A stretch of 64,000 nt of DNA from Lophium mytilinum (taxonomy: Eukaryota): NCBI GenBank assembly GCA_010093605.1, contig MU004186.1:699765-763764 (forward strand), read 5' to 3'. The notes beneath the pieces were generated by a model. It made no database searches. It saw only the letters and a program-made list of their open reading frames with translations, and was not told the origin of the DNA. Within the stretch, counting starts at the first letter, position 1, and the number at the start of each line of letters is the position of its first letter. Of the stretch, positions 1 to 12,400 are shown piece after piece. The translations under genes were made by a program, and so were the position numbers.

Positions 1-137
1 AGTTCACAGGCAGCCCTCACCGGCCACCAAGGACACCAGAGTTTTCCTCAACCTCTGCACGACTCTAGTACTTCGCTCCAAGAAGTACTTCAGCCCATCC
101 ACTTCAGTTCGTGTCATCAACCAAAACTTCAAGCACC

Positions 138-1431
138 ATGTCTGCACCTGTCGAAAGTGTTACCGCCCAGTTGGCAAACACCACCCTCAATGAGCCTTCC
201 GCCGGCGCGGAGGGCGACAAGTCCACCAGCGCTGCCCAGGACGAGGCAGTCATCGCCAGCGCTGCTGAGGGCAGGAGACTCTATATCGGGAACCTCGCCT
301 ACGCGACCACCGAGGGGGAGTTGAAGGAGTTCTTCAAGGATTACCTCGTGTGAGTTCGGCCCCAACACTGACTCCCTTGCGTGTGTTTGACTGAAACTGA
401 CCTCCTACTCTCCAGCGAATCCACCTCTATCCCCACCAACCCTCGCACTACCCGCCCCGTTGGCTATGCCTTCGTTGATCTCTCCACCTCCAACGAGGCC
501 GAGCGCGCCATCCAGGAGCTCAACGGCAAGGCCATCCTTGACCGTAAGGTCTCCATCCAGCTGGCCCGCAAGCCGGAGGCTCACGAGGGAGCTGGCAGCG
601 GCGCAGAGGGCGCCAACGGCGAGACTCGTCGCCGCTCATCCACCCGTGGCCGTGGTCGCGGTCGTGGACGCGGTGGGCGTGCTGGCCGTGGAGGCCGCTC
701 GGTATGTTTGGCAACATCCGTCGCATAGCTTAGATCTAGACTGACAAATCTCGCAGCAGAAGGACGGCGCCGAGGGCGCTGAAGCTGTCGAGGGCGAAGC
801 CGCTGCTCCTGTCGAGAGCGCACCGACAAATGTACCCGGCCAAGTTATTCCACTCACCGACAGCACGAACGAATCGCTTACAGCTGATAAGGGCGCTGAG
901 ACTGGTGCCACTGCTACCGCCAAGTCCAGCAAGCCTCGCGTTCCCCGCGAGCACAAGCAGCGTGGTCCTCCCGAGGACGGCGTTCCTTCCAAGACCAAGG
1001 TCATGGTTGCCAACCTGCCGTATGACCTGAAGGAGGACAAGGTAATCATGCCGGTTTAAGTTCCAGATGGACATGGCTAACCCTACCGACAGCTCATGGA
1101 AATCTTCAAGGACTACGAACCCTCTTCAGCCAAGATCGCGCTCCGTCCCATTCCCCGCTTCATGGTCAAGAAGCTCCAGGCCCGCAACGAGCCCCGCAAG
1201 GGCCGTGGCTTCGGCTTCGTTACTCTGGCTTCCGAGGACTTGCAACAGAAGGCTTGCTCTGAGATGAACGGCAAGGAGATCGAGGGCCGCGAAATTGCTG
1301 TCAAGGTCGCCATTGACTCTCCCGGCAAGGAGGACGAGCACCCCGAGACCCACACCGAGGGCGAGGAGGCTACCGCGACCACCACCGAGGCCACCACCGA
1401 GACCCCAGCTGCTGTCGAGGCTGCTGCTTAG
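138..1431 (+). CDS. RNA-binding protein with two RRMs separated by an RG/RGG-rich linker (Sbp1/Rnp24-like architecture)
   Basis: Exons ~138-349, 416-701, 757-1041, 1093-1431 joined through GT..AG introns. RNP2/RNP1 motifs LYIGNL / VGYAFVDL and VMVANL / RGFGFVTL. Linker RGRGRGRGRGGRAGRGGR. Confidence 0.9.
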
Positions 1432-3267
1432 ACAAACTTCCAGCACCCCGGGAGCAAGCCGGTGAATATCTAGTTGTGCCTTCACTGGCAACAGCTACGC
1501 TTATGCATCACGTTTAGTTCCCCGCATGGAGTTTGTTTAGGAACGTTGGAGGACATGAGTGGTAAGGTATCTTACTTTTTTTTCTCGGTGGTTTTCCCTC
1601 CTCACGTCTTGTCTCATTGCATTTCGGGGGGAACAAAACTTAAAATTCCGGGATTGCGCTTCTTTAGTGATGCAGCCTCGGCAGGTCTGGGAAAGGCTTA
1701 GGATACTTTATTCACGAAACACAGACTTTCACTTGATGGATTGAGAGTGGGGAAATCTTAAGCGGATTTTGAATTAGTTTAGCATCTTCTCACACCAATA
1801 CCTGATAGGAAAACAAGAAAAACTTCGTCCAACTCTTGTTGTCTTTCTCTTAATCTGATTTCACTTCTTTCTTGGTTGCGAAGGGGATGAAAATGAGTGA
1901 AAGCTCCACGTGTACGATTAGAATTTCTCTTTTCCCTTGGGCTTTTGGCAAAAGGAAATGGGAGTTTTGGCGCGTACGGTAGTGCTTTGCTATGGTTTTC
2001 GAACCCTTTCGGACTTGTTATGTAGGCCTTTCGATCGGGCGAACGGGCAATGGAAAAGCTGGTTTGCTATGGTATTTGGACTGAGTACGTGCGTACTTAC
2101 CAGCCCTTGTGAGAAAGTATTGCAGAGTATCAGCGCATGTTCCATTACCGAAGATATTGAAACCTAGAGTCCAGGATGTGGAAGGCTTTAGATCCTTGCA
2201 TCTCTATTAATATTGCCGCTTCTTAGCATCTAGACGACCCGCCCATAGACAACCATCAGGCACCTAGAACAAAAGGGAACGCTTCAGATACCAGCTTCGA
2301 TTTCCGCTATCAGCTCACCCAACAAGCGTGAACGAACAGATACTACGGCGCCAACCAAAACTCCCATTCTCGACGCCCTCCCTCCCCCCGAACAAACCCC
2401 ATCGGCTGCTGCCCGCCCCGCGCTGAAACCAACTCACGCCATGTGAAACCGCACAGTAACGTAGCGGCGCCGCACCGAGCGTACCCGTATCGATATCTTC
2501 GTCTTCGCGAGATGTGGAACGTATGTTACTTTCGTACTCCTTGTCGCGTGCGTGTTTACCGAGCAATCGAGCTCTCGCGTGTCGTTTAGGTGGCTTAGTC
2601 GCGTAGCGGATCTATATTTTGAGTGAGCTGGTACATCAATCCGTCCACGGTAGACCTTTTTGCTGGGTGAGCGACGATGCTGCGGGTTGCGGGGCTGAGC
2701 TTTTGCGAGTTGCGTGGTAGCTGCGACGAGGAGTCGGGAGAAATTCGAGTGGAGGGTAGAGAGTGGGAGCGATCGGAGGTACTCTGGATTTATCAGTCGA
2801 AGGGCAGTACCGGGAAGCATGAAGGAGTGGTAGCGTGTAGGAAGATCCTGCGCATTGTGGAGGGCTTGGGTCTAGACGGGGCCTAGTAGAGAAAGCGTAG
2901 AGGTTGAGTAAAACAACACAAACGTGTCCCAAGGCACTACCTAGGCTGATTACACGGGGTATATTTCCCATAGGTACGGGAAATTGCGGAAAGGTTTGGG
3001 GGGATGACACGTGACGGGGGGTGATGACAGAAGCGCAGAGTGTACATTTCGTGAAAACAATCTTGAGGGGCTTGATGGCAAGAATCGTTGCGGTTTATGG
3101 AGCCTGCTACTAAGCCTAGGTGGCGTTCAGGTACGTACACAGGTGACAGGCTGAGAACCAACGCCTGCTAAGTTGCAACACCTAGCGCCATTGAACCCGC
3201 AGGCAACCTCCATTTGAGACAGAAGAGACACGGGATATTTACAAAAGGAGCCCTCGTTTCCAAAACA

Positions 3268-4961
3268 TCAATCCGCGGCATGTAAATCGACGAAGATGTT
3301 AATCGCAGCGACAACGATTTCGGCAAAGATAAGAATAATAACAATCCATTCTAGCAGCTCGCCCTGCACGAGGTAGTTAGCAATGAGGGCGTGGCGATGT
3401 CTGTGGGGTCCTTACATGTGTCACAGTGAGTTGGTCTTTCAAGACAGCCAGTAAGTCGCCAATGACATTGAGTCGTTCTGTGAGCAGGCCAACCCTCTGG
3501 TCCATCTCCAGATAGCTGCGAACAGCCTGGTAGATCGGGTCCAGCTGTGGCTCGGCCCACATCAGTTCAGGGGCGTCCAGCACGGAGCCTTGGAGATGAA
3601 TGTTGATCCTCAAGATGAACAATTCACCGATTTGCATGTTGATCTGCTTCTTGTTGAGATTGATTGTCCCGGATGCCGCAATCTGTGAAGGAATGTCTTT
3701 GGTTGTTTCAATGGTGTTGTCCACAAGGTCTTCGTATAACGAAGTCTGTAGCGCCTGTCAGCATAATTCCTCGAGTCAAACACAGCAAGAAGCTTACCTT
3801 GACGCTCTGCGACAATGCATGGCTAATTGCCAGCTTTGTCATGTAGTTCTTCTTGTCTCTCAAGCTGATGAAGTCGTTGTAGATTCTCGCTTGGTACTCC
3901 CGGGTATAGTAAAAGTTGAAATCCTCCGTCTGCACGTCGTCCTTCCCGAGCTTCTCGCCCTCAAATTTGGCGATTTCCTTTAGGAATCGCTGTTCTTGCA
4001 ACAATGTCATGCCCCAGATAACCACTGTGCCGTAATCAAATAAGAACACCTCCGGCGTATGCACTTGCGTATCGAAGTCTAGGGTATCCAACGTAGGTTC
4101 CGATGGCTGCTCCATCTCCAAAGCCGTGTGGTTTGGAACCGAACTCTCTCCATTATCCAAAGATATATCACCGCCCTGGTTGTGCAGATCTATCAGGTCC
4201 TCCCGCCTGTGCCCACTGTGAGCTTCCACCTCAATGGCACTGTCCGAAAATCGACGCTGTCTTTCCTGAGGAGGAAAGTCTTCCTGCGAGCTGGAGCTGG
4301 CAGCCTGCGTGTTTTGTGCTTTTGGGTGATTATAATTATACGGCGTGTATATACACTCATCGAATAGTTTCGGAAGAGCGCCTCTTAGCTTGGCTTTCCC
4401 TTTCAAATATCGCATCAGGTCATCCATCCGGTAGGAGCCTGCGGTACAGTATGCAGTGACTCTCGGCAGGCGTTCTCGATCTGCTTTACCAAGCCGTGCA
4501 GCATCTCGCCTTGCAGTGGGATCTTTTATGCGAGTGTACTGGGCATAGACGTCTCGCCCGCTTTCTTCGTCGGGTCCATCCTCGCCATGTTCCGGATCCG
4601 GCAAAAGCTTCAGCTTCTGGACGATTCTTGTTGTTCTCTGGGGACCGAGCTTGGGCGCGGGGACATGAGGTGTCATTACAGCCGCTCCTGAACTGTTTCG
4701 CCTGCGGAGCCTGCTGTTGAGGGTAGATAGCATCGGCTGCCCGCCATGATGGCTGGGTACTGTGGACACGGCGGAGGCCACGGGGAAGTGTGAGGATGGG
4801 CGCAAGGGCGTATGCTGGGGAGTAGGGCTGCTACTCAAGACAGTAGAGCTGAAAGTCACATTCCGTTGCGGCTTGGGGGGAATTGGCTGACTCGAAGGCT
4901 GGGGGTGGGCCAGTGAAGATATCAGCGGCGTGCTTTCAGTGGCTGAGGACGCCGAGGCCAT
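3268..4961 (-). CDS. RMD1: RMD1/Sif2-family (DUF155) protein
   Basis: Motifs RVTAYCTA, EVFLFDYGTVVIWG, KLAISHALSQSVK and YLEMDQRV. The last exon reads GELLEWIVIILIFAEIVVAAINIFVDLHAAD* (C-terminal TM segment), with stop at 3268-3270. Two introns near 3750-3798 and 3364-3415. Confidence 0.9.
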
Positions 4962-6176
4962 GGCTGGATGGTGGGATGGTACAAGTCGAGGGCGATGCGG
5001 AGGACAACCTGCACGCTACGAGGGCGAGGGCGATCTGAAGGCGGGTTTTGCGTAGTCGAGCATTGGAGTGGTGAATTGCGGTGGCAGGGAGAGAAGGGTT
5101 GGTGCAGATAGAGGTGCAGCCCGCGAGCAAAGCTTAACCGCGACATGACGTTCCTCTGCACCCAAAAACGTGGGCTGGCCCGTGCGCAAACTCCTCCTGC
5201 GACCTCCACAACGGCCGCCTCGCATCTGTATTTACTTCAACTACACTTCATCCACTCTTTATCGACTCTCCATCTGCACCGTACACGTGATGGAATATTA
5301 GCTAGGCAAAACAGTTCTTTGGAGCGGCTTGCAACTTGCTCTCGGTCAAAGATCCTTTCGCCTTGACGATATGCATAGTATTCTTGAAGCAAAAATGATC
5401 TCACCAAAGTCCAATACCGCTCTAACTGAGCGAAAGGCGATTTAAGCTTAGCAGTGACTAAGCGAGCATCATGATCCAACATGGCACGCTAAGCATCAAA
5501 GAAGTAGCACTCTCTAGCAGTTCAACACCTTCTGAGGTGCCCTGGAGAGCTATCAGGTTTGTCAAAGCTGGTACTTCATGCGGAGCAATAGCGTACTGGG
5601 GGATCTCAAACGGTACTAAATAAGCATAAAAGTAGTGGGTATACCTCACGGGTTTGTGGACTGCTAATTTCTACTGCCACTCATCTACCACGCTCTCTCA
5701 TGGCTGTTCTACCTAATCCCGCGCGCTCCTCGGGCACTAAAGCATCAATGGCTTCTACCTCGAGAACATTGCGACGAGGGCGAAATTCTACCACTCAATT
5801 CTATAGCCTAAGCTACGAGGCTGAATCACATTGCCTAGAACATGACATAGAGTTTCGATCAGCCCAGTGCGCTAAAGCACCCCTAGCAATGGCAAACCGC
5901 TGTCAGCCTTGCCAGCATCGAGCTTAAATCGAACTCTAAAGGCTATTCTTTACTTGGATCTGCCACAACGCGAGAAGACTTAGAGTCGAAGTTTGGGTCG
6001 ATCAAAACGGACGCGACATCTAAGTCTGGTAGCGAGGTACAAGCACACACGAAAAGCTGGCCGAAGCCTATGCTGCATCCTTCCTTTAACCCTAGCTTCT
6101 TGTGAAGGGTGCACACCCCAGGTCCCAAAATTATCTCTTTGACCCTTCCTGTCGAGCGACTTTCAAGCCTTCTAAA

Positions 6177-6915
6177 ATGCTTTGGATATCATTTGCTGTC
6201 GAGCTCCAACAGATGATTCTGGTCGCACTGGCCCAGGATGGAGATGATTCATCTCCTTATGCTTCGGTGTGTCGAAAGTGGCGAGACGTTATCGAAAACA
6301 AACCTTTAGTAGCCTTAGTCTCACAGTTCCACGTCTTGCAAACTTGAACATCGCAACTCGAAGAAGAAGCCAAGTAAAATATCTTTAACTTTGCATAGAG
6401 CTTCAACAGTACGATTGCTCAAAATGGAAAAAAGAAGAAAGGGAAATGTGCTCTGAATACATCACGGATATCATTCAAGACGTTGTTAGGGCAACACTTC
6501 GCGCTCTCAGCAACTGGAATGCCAAGGATTCTTTGACCCTGGACTTCAGCGATCATTCTCCCAGTAATTCGAAACATTGACTGAGAAATGCGCATTTCGG
6601 ATTGGATGTTGTGCCGAGCTTCGAAGGCGAGCAAGGTCTAGGACTATTCAGCGTTCAGGATCAGCGGCATGGTTGGGTTGACGGTATGCAAGTTTCTCGC
6701 CCCGCCATTCCATCTGTAGACGGACTATTCGTGGATATCTAATTTGCGCAAGAAGACTTCTGGCGAGAATTGTCCCAAGTTACCGCTGTACCCGCCTTCT
6801 TCTGCGCCGCCAGACTCGCCGTCGATGGGAGCTGAGAACTCTTATCCAACTCTTCAACCGTCTTCCAGATCTGCAGGTGCTACACTGTGAGCCCTGGAGA
6901 GAATGGGGTCAGTAG
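6177..6915 (+). pseudogene. Disrupted fungal F-box-like / DUF6546-type gene
   Basis: Stitched translation MLWISFAVELQQMIL...YASVCRKW... / VKYL*LCIELQQYDC...LDFSDHSPSNSKH*...HGWVDG... / LLRRQTRRRW...FNRLPDLQVLHCEPWREW resembles this family as I recall it. Frameshifts near 6300 and 6790. In-frame stops at 6386-6388 and 6578-6580, among others. Confidence 0.7.
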
Positions 6916-8055
6916 ATCAACGCTTGCTTATCAAATTGGGCTTGAAAAGTACTCGTGTCCCTCACTGTACCCTCTCGTTAGCCGGTGCCTGATGGCGATC
7001 CGATAAATATTAATAGTCTGCTTCAACTGTCAGCAGAGACTGCTTAGAAAATGCTGAAGCTGAAGAGTATGGAGTTGTAAAGTGGCGGGAGATTGTTCGC
7101 TTGCGTCTTTAGATACTAGGCGCCTAACCATTCTATCTACAGACCGGCTAGAATCACCTAGAGAAGCAATTGGGACCTAGGCCTAGATCCCAGGGTGACT
7201 CGACCCTAGAATACTGTGGCGCAACAGTCCTATCTGTGTGAGCTTCAAGTCACTAAAGAGTTATTGGGGTAGATACCGTGATCAAGTCTCACAGTGATGC
7301 GGTCCGTGTTGTGGAACTTTCGCTTCACGTGGGTTGTCCTGTCTCTTTGTGGTAAATCCAAGTAGAGAACGGCCTTCCAGTATCTATTTGCTAAGACTAA
7401 GCAGAAAGTCGGGAATAAGTATCTTACAAAGCTTCTAGTCTGGTAGGCAAACGCTATGGTTGTTACGTTCTAGGGTGTTGCGCAGCTGGAAGAGACGCGA
7501 GTGTCTAATGGTGCGAAGGTTAGCGAATTGGAGCACTTGGCCGCTGGAAAGCGTGTTGAGCTGGCATGACACGGTTGGCATATTGCTTGATTGGTGCGTA
7601 ACAAAGCCTTATCGGGGACAATCATTGGCCTGCAGGGAATGCTGGGGATAGTTGGTGTGTTTTGGAAGCTGTGTCGATGCAACTCGCAAGCCACCGCTAT
7701 CTTAAAATGTCAGCACATCTCTCGCGTCAATCCGTGAACGAGCCTTAGGTATGGCCACTTCAAATGCAACTTACTGCCCCTCAATGTTATGGCAGATTTC
7801 CGCCCTCCACGCGCTCAATACTACTGTCCAACGGCCGTTAAGTAATCAGGGATGATCACGTGACAGACTCTGCGAAACCACCCTAGAGCGCCCTAGCTGA
7901 AGGTTCAGGCGACCCACTACTCCTACGCCCGCAGCTGTCTCACTGCATACCGGTACCGCCACCATTTCGTCGCGCCCCAATACCAACTCTTGATATACGG
8001 GTCACGAACCCTTAGGCCTCCTGTATTCTCTCCCTCACATTCGCCCACTTTCAGA

Positions 8056-9318
8056 ATGTCAGCGACGCAGTACTCGCCGTTTCTTGCTTTGCCAGTTGAA
8101 TTGCGCATCCAGATATACGAAGAGCTCCTCGACAAGAACAGACCAAGCCATTTGTACAACTACTCTGCAATTACCTCAACCAATCGCCAGATCCGCAATG
8201 AGTCTATTGAGTTGCTCCTTAAGCAGCCTCGCCACTTCAGCAGTCTTCCTCGTTTAGCCGAATGCATCGCAAAAGCCCCGCCCAATCTCGTACATTTAGT
8301 GAAGGACATCTCCATCCACTTGCACAACGACTCTCTATCAGGATTCGCAGGATGCTTGGAAACGTATTTCTCCAACCCTATCAAGATGCAGCCCAATACG
8401 GCAGAGTGGTGGGAGTATCAGTACGCAACACAAGTCAGGGCAGCACCGCCATGCTCGTATCGCGCCCTACCCTCTGAGCATAAGTTGCTCTATGCCTCTG
8501 TCTCGCAAGGGCTGCGGCTTTTCACAACTCGTCGAAACGGGCCGCCCAAGAAAGGCAGCATCGCCGAGACATGGTCGACACTGAAGACTCTCCGGAACCT
8601 CCGAATCCTCCGAATCAACCATGGCCCCTCGTATCCCGGGTCATTCACATTGCGTTGGGACTTAGAGCTCACATTACTTCACTCTATGATCGCGGCGGCC
8701 TGTCCGGGCCTGCAAGACCTAACCTATCCGTCCAGACCACTGCCCATGGACTTTCTCACATCATTTCCTGAACTACGAGCCCTACAGTTCGAAGGCTTCT
8801 CTTCAACCCCTGCTGCTGCTGCACTCCCCATTCTTCAAGGTCACAAACACCTAGACTCGTTGGCTCTGTATGGTTTCCCCTCTCTCTACGGCTCCCATCA
8901 CAGCAACCGCTCGGGCCCGGACGATGGGTCCAGCATCACACCGGACGTTGTCAAAGCCATGAACCCCCTTCGATCGTTCGAGATTGCTCATATGTCTTCT
9001 GATGGCAACTCACCATATCTCACCAGCGAGATGGTTGTGGCGATGCGTGCACACTGCTCTACACTACGGCGGTTGAAGGTGCACTCCGGCGTTGCACTAG
9101 AGACCGAGGTGTTGATGGATTTACTGATTTTCATCAAGGCATCTAGACTCACAGAATTGTATCTTGCCATCTATTTGCCCGAGGACATGGAAGATATCGA
9201 CATCGAGGCGCACCTACCGAGCACGATCAAGATATGGGAATGTCATCTACGGACGTCTACAATGTACATCCCGAAGGGCTCATCGAACCCGGCGATTAAT
9301 GGCATGACTTGGAAGTAG
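8056..9318 (+). CDS. Hypothetical protein with N-terminal F-box-like motif and degenerate LRR-like repeats
   Basis: Single-exon ORF of about 420 aa from ATG 8056. SPFLALPVELRIQIYEELL (F-box-like), followed by LxxLxL units (LRNLRILRI, FPELRALQF, LRRLKV). Confidence 0.75.
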   Translation: MSATQYSPFLALPVELRIQIYEELLDKNRPSHLYNYSAITSTNRQIRNESIELLLKQPRHFSSLPRLAECIAKAPPNLVHLVKDISIHLHNDSLSGFAGCLETYFSNPIKMQPNTAEWWEYQYATQVRAAPPCSYRALPSEHKLLYASVSQGLRLFTTRRNGPPKKGSIAETWSTLKTLRNLRILRINHGPSYPGSFTLRWDLELTLLHSMIAAACPGLQDLTYPSRPLPMDFLTSFPELRALQFEGFSSTPAAAALPILQGHKHLDSLALYGFPSLYGSHHSNRSGPDDGSSITPDVVKAMNPLRSFEIAHMSSDGNSPYLTSEMVVAMRAHCSTLRRLKVHSGVALETEVLMDLLIFIKASRLTELYLAIYLPEDMEDIDIEAHLPSTIKIWECHLRTSTMYIPKGSSNPAINGMTWK

Positions 9319-9455
9319 ATGGCTTAGTATACCCTCACTTTCATTGGCAATCCTCGGCCACGTCTATGAAAATTATGCATCTAAGATTGCTTATTGAATG
9401 AGACTCTGCGTGACAAAAGGTTACACTAAAATAAAAGCTTGAAACATGAGCGAAA

Positions 9456-12400
9456 TCAGTCCTCGGCCTTCACCGAACTTTCCCTAATTCTAGCACTTCG
9501 TCTTGGTGGACGACGCGCCTCTGGCTCAGGCGTGTACTCTGCATCCTCTGTCTTCGCTTTCTTCCTCCTTTTTGCCGTTGCCGGAAGGGCCCTTGCTTTC
9601 GTCGCTTTCGGTTGCGCTTCCTCTTCCTCCTGTAAGTTGTCTTCATGAGTGCGCTTGACGCCTTGATTGGCTTTCACACCGCCCTCGGCATCAGCAGCCA
9701 TATCTGCCTCCTTAAGCGCCTCCACAATCTGCGCCTTGCGGCTTAGCCCGGTCTGTGGGATTTGGCGTTCCTTCATCAGCGCTCTAAGCTCCTTGACAGT
9801 TTGTTTATCGTATATCGACTCAGAAGGCTCCGTCTTTTTCTGCAGAGCGGACTCATTTTCTATTTCCTTTTTCATAGGGGGAATTTCTAGCAGATCAATC
9901 ACCGACTCTTCCTCTTCTAGCGGAGGACCGAAGAGACGTCGGATCTCTGACGACCTCCTCCGCTTCTCGCGGATTATCTCATGCACCCACTTCAACCCCC
10001 TTGCCTCCTTTCGAGCAAACCCCTCGAACTTTCTCCTCTCATCCTCGTTGGTCGCGGTCGCTACCTGATCATTCGCCACGATCGCGCGCACCCTGTATAC
10101 CATGAGTGCCTGCTCTTCTCTTAGGCGCTCTGCAGCTTCCTCTGCTAGCTCGGCTGCTGTCTTGACTTCCTTCACAGTAGCCTTCACTTGGTCGGCAGTG
10201 TGTGTGACTTGCTCAGTGGTATCCGTTGCTTTTGCGGCGGTAGTGTTATGGACTGGATTACGGAGTTTGATTTGCTCTAATTCTGACTTAGCCTTTTCTA
10301 GCTTTTCTTCGGCTTCTTGCGTCTTTTGCACCAGCTTGGTGAGGTTTGAAGACCTTCTTCTGGACCTTGGGGTGATCTCCTCGGATGTACGTCTAATCAC
10401 TTCGACCTCCTCGGCGGTGATGTTTTCCTCTGCCTGGTTCGCCTCTTGGACAATGTCTTTTGTCTCCATTTCAGATACTGGTAGCTGTGGGGAAGCCGGC
10501 GGAGAGTGGTGATTCGAGGGAGATTGTCGAGTCGGTGAAGGCTCTTGAGGAGTTGAAGTACCGGTCGAAGATGAAGAATCGTGAGAAGATAGGGAGGCCT
10601 GAGGAGCTGGGGGTTGCTGAGGTTGATGCTCGAGGGGCTGTTCTTCGGACTCTATCAGCACATACACGGTTTTGGTCTGCTTCGACGCCAGCCACTTTTC
10701 AAGGGAGACTGCCCATCTTGTCAGGAAGCCCTGTCTCACATCCTCGCCTCTATCCCTGTGCTCTTCGACAAATTGCTCGAAAGCCTCCTTGCTCTCTCGG
10801 ACTATCCTGTCCTCTTCTAGTCTCGCCTCTTCTTCCTCTCTGGCTCTCCTTTCCTCGTTCCTGATTCTCTCTTCCTCTTCTCGTCGTCTCCAAGATATCT
10901 CTGCTTCCCTTATCTGTTGTAACCTTTCTTCCTCAGCATGCATTCTCTCCTCCTCTTCAATAGCCCGTTGCTCTTCGTCTTCTTGTGCTTCTTGGGCAGC
11001 TCTCAGTTCGCGATCAGCCTTCGCTTTTTCCGCAGCTAGTCTCGCCTGTCTAGCCGCCTCTGCGTTCTGTTCCGCCAACTGAGCAGCGATCCTCCTGTTC
11101 TCTGCCTCTTCAGCCTTCATCTGCTCCATATGCTCTCTTGCCCACTCGGCTTCTCTCCAAGCAGCCTCTTCCTCCTCCTTCTGCCGCCTTTCCTCTGCAG
11201 CTTGTGCCTCAGCAGCTTGTCTCACCTTCTCTGCCGCCAATCTCTCCTCTTCTCGTCTCCTTGCCTCATGGAATTCTCTGCGCTTCTCCTCTAAGATCTT
11301 TTGAAGGCGCTCCTCCTCAGCCTTTTCCCTCACCTCTCGCTCAATTCTCGCTGCCTCTGCCGTAATCCTATTGGTCTCCTCTGTTCTTCTGTGCCTCTCT
11401 CTCGGGTCTGCTTGAGCGGTGGACGCAGGGCCACGTGGATTCGCAGAGAAGAACAGTCGCACACCAGACTCAGTCTGTACCACCATATCGCTCACCTCCG
11501 GGCGTTCCAACTCATCCATAAGACCTAGAGGATCTTCCTGTGGGCCTAGCTGGACAGACTCTCTTGGAGCCAGCCGTGTAACTCGCTGATGCGTTTGCGG
11601 AGGCCTTGGCTCGGACTCTGTATCCGTCGTCTCATCGTGGCTCGTATCCTGGCTCTCAGTAGCCTCGAACGCGATGCCGTCAATCGTGACAGTATTCCGC
11701 CGCCCATTCGGATCATCCAGATCGGCGTCAACGCCCTCAGCACCATGGACATAGCTCGCTCGGACAGGACCAAACCTACCCAACGGCACCTCCGCAGTCG
11801 TCGTCCTAGCAAGCTGCGCCCTCACCCTCGCCGCCCTCTCCGCCGGACTCAGCCACCCAACCTCCGCCCTCCTCGCATTATCCGCCCGATTCTGCGCCTT
11901 CCTCTCCTCCTTCACCTCCTCCGCCTCCGTCACGTCCCAATCCCCCTGCCCAAACCCCCTAACCCCAAACTCCACCCCCCTCACCCTCCTCTTCCCCTTC
12001 TCCCCCCTCAGCCAACTCAAATCCCACACCCAACTCCGCCTTACAAACGTCAACCCGGGCCTCGTCCTCACCGGCTGCGCCCCCCTCCCCTTCAAGGGTG
12101 GGTGGGTAGAATCCGCCGCCCACACCCGCTCGTCAAAATAAAGCAACATCCCCCACCCGACCTCCCGCTCCAGCAACCTCGCCAACCGCCAGCTGCTCAC
12201 GTTATCGAAGCTCTTGGGCATTCGTATCCGCAGCGCCCGTAGCGCCCCGAACTCCAGCGCGTACGCCCGCCAGAACCGCTGCCAGCCCAGCGCCTCGCGC
12301 TCGTAGGCCGCGGCGCGCGCGAGCGCGTGCAGCGAGTGCGGGTCGTGCGGGTCGGTGTCGGGAAAGGCGGCGTCGGGCCCGCCGGCGAGTTTCGTGTGCG

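Noticed and set aside
2300..3200. Several short ORFs on both strands between the RRM gene and RMD1
   Set aside because: No consistent frame or recognisable motif. Possibly decayed sequence, but unsupported.
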